DNA of 62,854 bases, filler included, from Gonapodya sp. JEL0774 (taxonomy: Eukaryota), in NCBI GenBank assembly GCA_027604505.1. It is 15 parts of 15 records of this genome, joined end to end, with 100 filler letters (N's around TTAATTAATTAA, not from the genome) between each part and the next. Parts side by side here need not be neighbours in the genome. Positions count along the whole stretch, not along the records: positions 8,440 to 12,555 come from JADIIX010001041.1; positions 12,656 to 16,761 come from JADIIX010001042.1; positions 16,862 to 20,961 come from JADIIX010001043.1; positions 21,062 to 25,158 come from JADIIX010001044.1; 11 more parts are not named here. The stretch is one strand, 5' to 3'. A program made the translations under genes and the position numbers. Within the stretch, counting starts at the first letter, position 1, and every line of letters starts with the position of its first letter. Shown in pieces: positions 11,516 through 22,084 of the stretch. The notes under the pieces are model-generated. The model was not told where the DNA came from, ran no database searches, and worked only from the letters and a program-made list of their open reading frames with translations.

Positions 11516-12460
11516 TCCTTGTAATAGAACTGAAGGTTGAACTTTTGCGGATGTCTGAGAGTGGCATGAGTGCAGACATCAGTTAGCATTGCCCAGAGAG
11601 CAGACGAAGCTCCAAAGTAGAAGTAAGCGTGAATGAAAATAAACAAGAGCTCTTCGAAAGCGCCAGACTGATGGACTTTCCCAGTCCTCACGGTGGGCGG
11701 CAGAATCCAAACACGCCAAAGGCGTCAGCCACCTGGAATCAAGCCAGCAATGCATATTTGAAGGGTTTTTGCTTCCACCGCCGGGTCTCCATCAACTCAC
11801 AGTGGCGGGCTTGGGAACTAGACGTTCTGCTGCGGAAAGCTGAGCAGCAAAAGATTTCGTGTCACTTGCGCCCGTGCACCTTTCACCCAAACAACGATTT
11901 CCATCCAGAGTCCAAAACCTGGTCTCCCGCCCAGTTTTAAATGAGAATCTGAGAATTTACAGTTCCTAGTGAGAAGCAAGGCTGGTATCACCGCGGTCGG
12001 GAATGTCCGTGCATGATCCGCGGTGGCGGACGATAGTGACTTCTTGATATCTATCCATTCAAGTTATACCATCTCAGTAACAAACGGGTTCCCAACCCCG
12101 ACGGTAAGCCTCCTTTCGGACTGGACAGTGGCACATAGTGTGCATTCTGTTTTTGTGATTTACACATTGCACGATAACCAGCCAGTGGTCACCAGTCAAA
12201 TCGGACTATCATTAGTCAAATCGGACTTCGGACCGGACCCGCCGGCTTGATTACGATTAGGCAATGTTCCGGACTCGCAGAAGATGAAATGGAATGCGGA
12301 AGGGAAACGCTGAGCTGAGGACTCGTGATCATCAAGGCGGAGTGCAGAATTTACCCGCTTCCATCATTTGAATGATATCACATAATGAAAGCTCAGCTAC
12401 CAGAATCTCATCGAGTTCACTCTCGAATCTTTCAAAACTGAAGCCTTCAGCTCTATCTTG

Positions 12461-12555
12461 ATGCCCGACACATCCCCAATCACCCCTCCGCCTCTGAACG
12501 AGGAATCGGACGACGACGACGCTGAGTCATGGGCTCGGAAGGCGAGCAAGTATGG
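12461..12555 (+). CDS. Possible start of a gene divergent from SUB2 (truncated)
   Basis: An ATG opens MPDTSPITPPPLNEESDDDDAESWARKASKY, which runs to the contig edge. Too short to identify. Confidence 0.35.
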
Positions 12556-12655
12556 NNNNNNNNNNNNNNNNNNNNNNNNNNNNNNNNNNNNNNNNNNNNT
12601 TAATTAATTAANNNNNNNNNNNNNNNNNNNNNNNNNNNNNNNNNNNNNNNNNNNN

Positions 12656-13642
12656 CTTCAAGTGATCCGACGCCTCGGTCACAAAACTGCGACCGTCGGA
12701 CTTGAGGATGGCAGAATTGGGTCGAAAGTCCGTTACTGCGCCCGAGGTCTCTGTCTTGGCGCCGACGTGGATGACGGTGGGGCGGGGTTTGGGCGTCGGG
12801 GTGCGGGGACGTGGGACGGTGTGGGAGCTGGTGATCGAGGAAGGAAGATGTTGTGGAGGGGTTTTGAGAGCGTCGGTGGCTCTTTGGTCGCGGACGTAGC
12901 CGTCTTGGAGGTTTAGGGTGAATTGTTCAAGACGGCAAACTGTACATATTACGAGGGAGGAACTCACCATCGTCCATGTGCACCAGCGCCCTTTTCGCGT
13001 GCAAATCCCGTGCCATCTTTGATATCGCGAGTCGAGGCAATCCATAGTTTGCAGGAGGTATCGGGAACCCCTGCGTGTTTGTGAACCGATCGGCTACGAG
13101 GTAGTCCATGATTTCACGACACCATTGTAGGATCGGCAAGAGTCCAGACGTCATGACTTACGATCTCTCTCCCACTGGCTCACGACCAACGTAGAGGCGT
13201 CGTTCGTGTACCCTGTACCACTGAACTCCGCCACCTCGACCACATTCGACTTGGTAACTCGAGGCTCCCTCAAATGCCCCTTGTACCCGTACTTTTCCCT
13301 TGTTTCTGAGTTTAAGGAAGCCATGCCCGCCCCGCCACTTGTGCTTTTTGCCGCTCCAACGGGTTTGGTCGGTGAGTCGGCGTGGGACATCCACCCGTGC
13401 ACGTGTTTCACGTCTCGCTCGACGTTGGCCATTGTGAGCGTGAAGGCGGAGTTGCCAACCAAGTTGACAGATCGGGGTACGGATGGAATGGGTTGCGGAG
13501 GTGGTGGATGGGAGAGGGTCGTCACGGTGTCGTACCGGTGATCGGTCCTGTATCGTTGGTTGTTGCTCTGTCCACTCAATTTTAACCGGCCAGCGCCTCT
13601 TTCGAGTCCCCAAGACTCACCTGAATCCGTTTCCTTCATCAT
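12656..13642 (-). CDS. Hypothetical multi-exon protein (3'-truncated)
   Basis: Consecutive minus-strand coding-like segments (13642-13151, about 13130-12965 and about 12915-12656) with GT..AG boundaries. No domain recognised and the start is uncertain. Confidence 0.4.
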
Positions 13643-14855
13643 ATCTATCGTCGTATTTCACAAACGGGTTGTTGTTTGGCCCGAAACCGTTTCCCTTGAC
13701 GGTAACCCGCGTGTCCGTTCCCACGCCAGGCACATCGTGGCCGTGTCCGTCTTTTGGGATGAACAGGTGCCGATTGAAATGGCGTGCGAGAAGGTGGCGT
13801 TGAAAACCGTGAGCGGTGGAGTAACTGAGGGTGTACGGTCAGCCGGGCAATTCGAAATGCATTTTTGAAAACTCCAATGGTTTTCAAAAGCCGACAGAAC
13901 ATCCTCAGCTTTCACAAGTCATAGTCTCGTCTTCCACCTCACTTGCTACTCACGAGGTGGCATAAAAGTTTGTGGGTACCTTGTCTGGTCCTTGTGAAAA
14001 GTGGACAATCTCAGACGGCCCATAGTCGAGCAAGGAGAGTGTGACGTCTGCTCGTGCAGTTGTGGTTGTGGGAGACATTGCCACTTAGAAAGTGCTGGAT
14101 AATGACTATTGGGTTTTCAAGGGGTTTGTGAATGTGTGCGCGAACTGGTTGGTGAAGCGGCGAAAGGCATTCCAGGCAGCTGCGCACTTTCGCCGATACG
14201 ATCACTCGCCGACACGATCGCTATCCTGTTTCTCTCAAAGACCAAGAGTGTTACATAGAGATCGAGTAAGTTGAGTGATGAGATCCGAGATGCGATTTCG
14301 ATTGCGGAAACATTTTTTGCGACTGCCAGCCACCTAACATGAACTAAAACACGAGAGAGCAGGCAATGTTGTTTCAGTTTCGTAGTTGAGCTCCAGCTGC
14401 TAGTAACTACGTATAAGCCCATCCGACGTTCTGAAGTGCCTTCCCTTCCGGACTCGACGGGGGCAAAGACAAAGTCGAATGCCTCGCGTCTGGAAGGCCG
14501 CTTGCTCATGATGGTCTCTCAATCTCACGTTGACCAACACAGTATTTAGTTAAGTATGCAAGCATCTGAATAAAATTTGTTTGGTAGGGTGATTCCCGTG
14601 TTTACACGGAATGTCAGTGGAGACCGCCCGCCTCCGTCTGCTCGCACTGGTGCTCGACATACTGTTTCAAGCGAGCAACAAAAAGAGATAGCGATCGCCT
14701 CAGTGATTCTCTTGACTCGGGCACAAAGCTTCATGGGGCGTCTGGAAATTACCGGACTGATTGTTAGAATTCGCAGTAATGGTTTGAGTTTGCCGCAAAG
14801 TGCTTCAGCATTCGTCATCATTCCAACAGAACACACAACGCGGAGAACACCGAAG

Positions 14856-15649
14856 ATGGAAACCCTCCCTGTGGAAACCCTTCATCGCATCTTTTGTTTC
14901 CTACCTCCATTGACGTTTTACGGCGTCGTCCGGCGATCGTGTCCTGGGATGCCATCCCCGGATGTCCCAGAGGAGTAAGAGGAATTGACGTGCGATCGAA
15001 GTCTTCAATGATGCAGGACCGAGCGACGGACTTTGTCCGTAAGAAAGATTTATAGCCTGTGAGCTCCCAGAAGGAGAGGGAACCATGTGGACAAGTATAA
15101 ATTCACTTCATGAAGATGATTATGGGTTATCGATATCTCTAACCTTCCTTGTTGAAATACTCGCGATCCACCCCAACGTGGAAAGTGTTCGATGGATAAA
15201 GCTGGACAATAAATTGCGGGATATCAGATTTCGACATGATCCCGCCAGTTCCCTGGTCAACTCTTTGAGTAGCCGTAGACCTTGGGAATCTGTATATTCT
15301 CAGGTCAGAGGAGATTATGTCCTCCTAGAAAGTTTTGATACAACAAATGCTACGTCTGCAGGAGCTCATAGTTAGCTTATTCTGCTGGCAGAACCTTGGC
15401 ACTTTCTTGACGAGTTTAATCAGGCTCCTTGGCCACCGTTCTGACTCCAAAGTCCGAATTTTTGGGAACGCCGGGTACTCAGGGATTGCGTTGCATACTT
15501 CATTAGCGAGAGGCACGTGGCCTGCAGCATCGTTGGATTGGAATGGACGTGAGAGTGTGACTATTGAGGGTGCGATGTGCGAACACGGATCAGGAACAAT
15601 GATGGACGTAGACCATAAAGGTGGTCGGATATCTCATCAAAACCAGTGA
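14856..15649 (+). pseudogene. F-box-like gene, apparently disrupted
   Basis: METLPVETLHRIFCFLPPLTFYGVVRRSC is an F-box-like start. It hits a stop at 14978, and coding-like text continues in other frames (15085-15375, 15335-15649) without clear splice sites. Confidence 0.5.
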
Positions 15650-15959
15650 GCGAGGTGATGTCGGAAAGCTTGGCGTGGTATGTCGTTGATATACGTTCAA
15701 TAGCATTGAGGACGGGACTACGTTTACACATTGCTACGAATACTGGAATGCAATGATATATGAAATCATGTGTACGTTTCAACGCATTTTGACTTTTTGG
15801 ACATTCTCTCACAACCTTGTGGAGGTTGGAGTGAGCGAGGCCGACAAGAGCCGGGTTCGGTACTCTTAGTTTGTGGAGACGGAGACAGGAATGGCATCAG
15901 AAGCGGACCTTGAAGCGCAGCAGAGAGAGTCCGGTTATACCGGCTATCTGGGCATCCAC

Positions 15960-16714
15960 ACTAGCGGGAAATTACAATACTACGGATGTTGCCGTCCGAT
16001 CAGTAGTGTCTGCGTGACGCGTGTGGCGACCATCTCAGGATAATTCGGAAGGGCGCTACTGGAACTTGCCGCAGCCTCCAACCTTTCCGTTCTTGATGTT
16101 TCGAGCTGAGATCTGCGTGGACCCTCCTATCTCGCACTTGCGCACTTGCAGATGTCATCGGGCTCCTCGTTTCTTCCGCAACCGGACTGGTGGAATTCAG
16201 GTGTGGAGGTTTAGACGACCGTGCTCTTGGATACATTGCCGATCCTTTGCATGATCTACAAGTATTTGACGTAAACCGGTGCGCTGGTATAAATTCCGGT
16301 GGATTTCAGCGCATTGGAGCTGCGTATCGGGATCTGAGGTACATAAATCTCGGCTGGTGCTGCGGGATGGGCACCTCCTTGGACATGGTTCTTGGTGCGA
16401 TGTTGGGAACAGCTCTTGTATCCCTGGATCTTTCGCGTTATGTTGGAGTGACGGACGCAGCGCTCATTCTTATTGGATTCAAAGGAACGGGAGTCACAAG
16501 ACTGCGAATTGCAGTTTGTGTAGATATTACGAGTGCTGGCGTGAGCGTGTTAGCAGGAAAACGTGGCGACCCACTTCAGTTCCTCGACTTGGATAGATGC
16601 ATGGCATTGGGAGAGATGTGGTCATGGAGGTCATCAGAGCTTGGCCTAAATGCTTGGTTAGGGGAGGACAGGGGGGTCAAAACGCAAAACGCTAAAACAA
16701 AGGGCAGAGGATGA
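15960..16714 (+). pseudogene. Cys-containing (AMN1/FBXL-type) leucine-rich repeat gene fragment
   Basis: Repeats include LQVFDVNRCAGINSGG, LRYINLGWCCGM, LVSLDLSRYVGVTDAAL, VTRLRIAVCVDITSAGV and LQFLDLDRC. The upstream part has stops and frame changes, and there is no clear ATG. Confidence 0.55.
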
Positions 16715-16861
16715 GCTAGTTTCAGTATTTGACTGTATCTCACAGTGTTGTGCTCTTTGTGNNNNNNNNNNNNNNNNNNNNNNNNNNNNNNNNNNNNNNN
16801 NNNNNTTAATTAATTAANNNNNNNNNNNNNNNNNNNNNNNNNNNNNNNNNNNNNNNNNNNN

Positions 16862-17150
16862 CTGCGAGGTGAGGCGGGACGGGTGGTCCTCGGCCAATGT
16901 TGTGGAAAAGACGGCGACGACGTGCTCCAGCAGCGTGACGGCCTTGCCCACCTGCCCGTTGGCCTGCCGGACGTATGCGAGGTAGGCCTGCGAGGCGAGG
17001 CGGTCCGGGTGGTCCTCGGCCAATGTTGTGGATTCGACGGCAACCACATGCTCAAGCAACGCCGCGGCCTTGCCCACCTGCCCGTTCGCCTGGTAGGCGC
17101 TGGCGAGTTCGTGCTGCGAGGCCAGATGGGACGGGTGGTCCTCGGCCAGT
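16862..17150 (-). repeat. 126-bp tandem repeats encoding near-identical 42-aa TPR units
   Basis: GGTGGTCCTCGGCCA recurs on + at 16882, 17008 and 17134 (period 126). The unit reads AEDHPxxLxSQxxLAxxxQANGQVGKAxxLLEHVVAVxSTTL. Confidence 0.9.
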
Positions 17151-19510
17151 TCCAACACATCCCGTATTCCGCTATCGCAGTTCTGGAGCCACATCACGGC
17201 TTCAGACACTCTGCCATCGGTATGCAAGCATCGACCAATCCAAAAGCAAAGGTTGTATCGTTCCTCTAATTCCTTGCCTTCACTGCTTCCAAGCACTTTC
17301 ACAGCATGTGGGAGGTATGCCCTCCACACATCCCTGGAGTTCCAATCGTCTGTGTCGAAAATTTCTGCGATGTGGCGGATCGCCTCTCTTGTTGTTTCTG
17401 CAGTGAGACCCTGTATGCGGAGCCAATCTCCAGCTGCCAGATGCACCAAACGGTGGAGGTCATATATGTCCTGGTCCGTCCGAGGCGATACAAATGCATA
17501 ACCGGCCAGCGTACCGATGGCGTCTTCTATTTTCAGTTTTGACTCCCCGGCAACCGGTAAGATGGATCGTGGAATCGCCTTAGACTCGATGCACGACATG
17601 AATGACAGGAGATTTGCTGCCAAAGGATCGTTCTTGCGGATCTGGTTGAAGGAGACCAGCCACGTTGTGGCAACGGCATTGCTTGATCCCGAGTAGCGTT
17701 GCTTGTTGACGAACTCCCTGCTCAGGACATCGACCACCTCCGTGCTTCGCAACATGTCGAGGTATCCTGCGACGGACAGTTGTCTATTTATGTTCAGATA
17801 GGCTGCTGCCTGAGAGAGTGCCAGTGGAAGGTAGGTGAGCTCTTCCAGCAGGTTTTCCACGCACACAGTGTCCCCCAGGAGCTCCTTCCGGATGAGAGAA
17901 GTCCGAAGCAATTCTTTCGCTTCACGTTCATCCATGGCATCCACGTCGATGACATCGGCCACGGCGAGTGCCACGGCTGCCTCCAGGGTGCGTGTGGTAT
18001 ATACAAAGAGCCCATCCTCGCTCTGCGGAAGGTAGCCTGCAATACCCGGGGTTCCTTCGGACCCGTTCACAAGGCTTGCATCGTCGGCATTGTCGAGGAC
18101 AATCAGCCAAACACCTGCCCTCTTTGAGCTCAAATGCTGCTTGACAAGGTCCTTGATGTCGTCATCATTGTCTGAATGTATACCCAGTGTCTTTGCCACC
18201 TCCCGGCATGCTTGCTCAAAGCTCTCCATGCTGACCGCGGGCAACCAAAACACAGAGCGTCTTCTATCCGCCTCTTTGACCTGGTAAGCAAACTCCAGTG
18301 CAACTTGCGTCTTTCCGACCCCGCCGAGACCTACAAGAGCCATCTGCCGGCAATCCTGGTTGTCTAAGAGTTTGTGCGACAACTGTCGAAGCTGCGTGGT
18401 GCGGCCCACAAAACGAGGATTCCGCGGAAAAGGGATGTAGGCTGGAAATATTCAGGTCAATTCATTGTCATGCAACAGCACAAGACTCGATTGGAGAAAA
18501 GATACAAACCTCGGGTTCCGGGGTCGCTCCTGGGTATCACCAACAGTAGTTCTTTGGCGCATGCTGCGGCTGTGGCAGCCGCATACCCATGCCATCTGGA
18601 GTTCTTGTGTGAGTCCGCATAGTCGCTGATACCACGGATGACGAGGCATGGGAAATGGTTCATAAGTCCTGCCGCTTCCATCTCGAAGCACATGACTCCA
18701 CCGAGATTGGTGCTGATTTTGTCCCTCTGCACCCCATCCCTCATGTCCTGATTCCCAGATGCAATCAAACCGTAGTGAACCATTGGCTCTTGAAAATCTC
18801 GAATGGGTCGGACGATTTCGTGATTGTAAGTAGTGGGATGGAACAAGACGTCAGGTCCAGCAGCTTCACGACGAAAGTTTGTAAGGTGACGAAGCTTCTC
18901 GAGGTGTTGCAGGAAGCCGTTTTCTCCGACAAGATGATGAGCCTTGAGTGTGTTGACGGCGTTAAGAAGCAATGACGGTGGACGGTTGAGATAGCCCTTT
19001 CTCTGGAACCCATTGTGGGTTGTTTCCCCAAAGTCGTACTGGACCACGCCTCCGTGAGTTTCCAAAGGTTGACTGACGACCACGTCTCCCAGTCGAATGT
19101 CTGCGTCTGGGCTGGGAACACCGCCTCCGACGCCCACCATGAGACGGAACTCCAAGGAATCGAATGTCCGACCGAGATTGTTCGCAACCGTTGCGGCAGA
19201 GTTGGTACCGCGACTTCCGGCTGGAAGACAAGCAACGACAATATTGTGGACACCGATCCGTCCGAAAGCGTAGATGTTCGGGTCCCTCATATCCCGTTCC
19301 AGGGGTTGGTATTCCTCGTCAAACATTGCTCGAGCAGCCGCGAGGTCGATTGGAAGAGCGCATACCCACCCAACGGTATACTCGTCGGAGCGCAGACGTC
19401 TTGCCTTTGAGCCATCTGAAATTGTACAGGAGCGTGTGCGTGGTAAGTTAAAAGTTCGATCCGGAGAAACTGTCTGTTCAGGGATCACCTCCTGCACGCC
19501 CGACCGACAT
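16862..19510 (-). CDS. Fungal NLR-like protein: PNP_UDP phosphorylase - NB-ARC - TPR (3'-truncated in the repeats)
   Basis: PNP_UDP motifs: [77 protein letters not shown] 68-nt intron (18509-18442) joins in frame to AYIPFPRNPRFVGR. NB-ARC has Walker A GLGGVGKT, Walker B WLIVLDNADD, LPLAL and HRLVH. 42-aa TPRs follow. The ATG at 19510 assumes a short first exon. Confidence 0.92.
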
Positions 19511-19641
19511 TGAATTCAGTTTTTGAGGTATGAATAGAGAGATTTCTCTGGGGATTTCGGTCGAGGAAGCCCTCCAACGCAACTTCTGGAGGGTCTTCTG
19601 TTCGATGGAGCCACACAGCCACTTTCAGGGACATTTGTCAA

Positions 19642-20165
19642 TAGTGGGTTTCAGAGTAGCTCCGAACGCCTTCCGAACGAGGTCGTCCGAATAGAAAATT
19701 TCAGTTCGGAAAAAGTTCCGGTTGTTCGGACATCTCGGACACCACTTTTGGGTCTCCGAAAAGACGGACTGCTCCCCGTGCACACAACTGTTTGAACTTT
19801 CTAAAAATCATTTGATACACATCTGCACAAGTGGACAAACTCTGCGATCTCTTCATGGCAAAACGTAAATCTGCAGCCGCCGACGTTGATGACATCGGAT
19901 CGTCTGCAAATGGTACCTCAACATCTGGCGGGCACAAGAAGAAGCAGAAGACGGCGCAGGGAAAGGGGCAGGCTCCGATGATGAAGTCATCACCATGGAG
20001 AAAGTGAGTTCTGGGAACAGGCGGAGCTTGACCCCTGCACATTTCGGAGGGCTGAACTTTGAAACCCAGCCGTCCGAACTCTTCCGAACCCCCATTACGA
20101 AACAAAAATTTTCTATTCGGACTACCTCGTTCGGAAGGCGTTCGGAGCTACTTTGAAACCCACTA
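19642..20165. mobile_element. Non-autonomous DNA transposon / internally deleted TIR element (524 bp, 60-bp TIRs, possibly hAT)
   Basis: 19642-19701 (TAGTGGGTTTCAGAGTAGCTCCGAACG...) is the reverse complement of 20106-20165 at 58/60 positions. Subterminal TCCGAAC/GTTCGGA motifs are repeated, and there is an internal Lys-rich ORF stub on +. Confidence 0.85.
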
Positions 20166-20322
20166 ATGTCTTCTTGTTTCAGTATCCATTTTGTCCCAAT
20201 TCGCAGGAAAATTCACTTTTATGTTCGCGGTACTTATGTAAAGACAAAAAATAATCAACAGCGAAGATACCACCCCTACATCCTCTGACTAAACACTCAA
20301 ATAACATAAGGGGGGAAGAACT

Positions 20323-20610
20323 TCAGTCTCTCTGACGAGCTATCGGCTGTATCACAGACAGCATCTCTATGGCGCAAGCAGCTGCGGTTGCTGCAGCGTA
20401 TCCCTCCCACTTTTTATCCCTGTGCGAGTCCGCATAGTCGCAGATACCTCGAATCACCAGACAGGGAAAGTTGGAAATGAGCCCCGCAGCCTCCGTCTCG
20501 AAGCAGAGAACACAACCCAGCTCCCTGCTTACGGCATCTCGCTGGACCGCGTCACCCATCACGCGGCTGCCAGAAGCAATGGTACCGTAGTGAGAACAAC
20601 TGGTTCATCG
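20323..20610 (-). pseudogene. Second PNP_UDP domain fragment (C-terminal part only)
   Basis: [78 protein letters not shown] followed by a stop. No N-terminal part is recognisable upstream. Confidence 0.75.
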
Positions 20611-21061
20611 TCTTGTCTATGAGGGTACAACTGCTTCTCAAATCCATGGACATTTATAGTCAACCACTGACCATAGACACAGACACAAATGGTCAACAAC
20701 TAGAAATAAGTGTAGTTGTGTAAGAATTAATCGAAAGATTGCATTGATCATGTGTTTGCAGATGCTCGAGTAGTTTGTGTCAGTACAAGTCTGTGCACAC
20801 CAACACCAAAGTCGTGCACCAACCACCAGACGATATGGTTGGATGAAAGGTTACCATTTGTTTGTTCTATGTGGTGAAGAAACGGTTTTTTTTTTCTGTT
20901 GTATATGTGTAACAGAACAACAAATTCTCTTACAATCAAAGAACCAGAACAACAAATTCTCNNNNNNNNNNNNNNNNNNNNNNNNNNNNNNNNNNNNNNN
21001 NNNNNTTAATTAATTAANNNNNNNNNNNNNNNNNNNNNNNNNNNNNNNNNNNNNNNNNNNN

Positions 21062-21378
21062 GCTGGGGAGACGATGTTATGGCAAGCTTGGGGCATTTGG
21101 CGGTTGTTTGAGAGACAGTGACATTCGGCTCCGCAAGACAGAGGGTGAGGGACAGAAACGCACGGATTGAAGAATCACTTGGAATTGACTCCAACAGCGA
21201 CTCACGATTCAATTCGACTGGAGGAGAGCTGCTCGACGTCTTTGGAGAGCTGGACTCTCCCGGCACAAACACGCTCAAAGAGCTGTCCACCAACGTCTCC
21301 AGGGAATCAGTTTTCAATCCACCATTTCTGCTGTCTAAGCTCAGTAGCTTATCTGATAACCCGCCGTCTCTTTGTTGA
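21062..21378 (+). CDS. Possible last exon of a gene cut by the contig edge
   Basis: Open frame ..RVRDRNARIEESLGIDSNS..DNPPSLC* followed by AT-rich 3'-like sequence. No domain recognised. Confidence 0.3.
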
Positions 21379-22084
21379 CATTGATTGATTTATATTAGAG
21401 CCCCGCGTCAAGTAGCATCTTGCTGACATTTTTGAACGATTCTGTGCTGTCATTAGTAGTTTCAGAGCCCTCTATCATGTTGTTTTGCATTATTATACAG
21501 TTATTGGACTTACTATACTACATTTTATGAATTGCCATGGTGAATTGAAGTGGATCGATATCAGTTTAACTTGAATTGATAAAAAGGACATCTGCGGCAG
21601 GAGTGCCTGGAAGCTGCACCACATGACTTACAACAAGCAATTCTTCCCGATCTCTCTCGTCAAATCGAGAAAGCACTTGAAGTGATGTCGGGGGTAACCC
21701 GACGAGGAGCATTCGGGTCTGATGATGATCCGGTGTCACAACGAATAAACTGTCAGTGCACACGGATACACCACTTCTAATGTAAATACATACATCTCCT
21801 TGCCCGGGCAGACATTGCAAACTTCAAGTTGGATGCGGGAAAGCAACACTGGAAAGGATCTTGTGGTGTCCTGGCTGTTATGCGGCTAAAGCACGTTGTG
21901 CCGCCATGAGGGTTTCGTGAAGTTCGCAAACTTTTGCAGTGGGAATCCAGTTTCTTCTCTCTTCCGTTGCCAGCAGCTAGTAATCCTACTTACTGTCTTT
22001 CTTATCAAATTTCTGGGCGAACCTGTCCTCCTCGCAATCGCAATCAAACGACGGGTTGTCCACTGCCACTTGCAACCACAAACC

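Noticed and set aside
18442..18509. Apparent frameshift or two-gene split between the PNP_UDP and NB-ARC ORFs
   Set aside because: A GT..AG intron of 68 nt joins the two in frame (..GTR|AYIPFPRNPRFVGR), so no recoding or pseudogenisation is needed.
19701..20105. 134-aa minus-strand ORF as the 5' part of the NLR
   Set aside because: It lies wholly inside the TIR element and is antisense to the element's own ORF stub.
19400..20400. Amyloid-signalling NLR/effector gene pair (stand-alone PNP_UDP next to an NLR)
   Set aside because: Neither the C-terminus of the PNP_UDP fragment (..[11 protein letters not shown]) nor the NLR N-terminus shows an N/Q/G-rich amyloid motif, and the NLR has its own effector domain.
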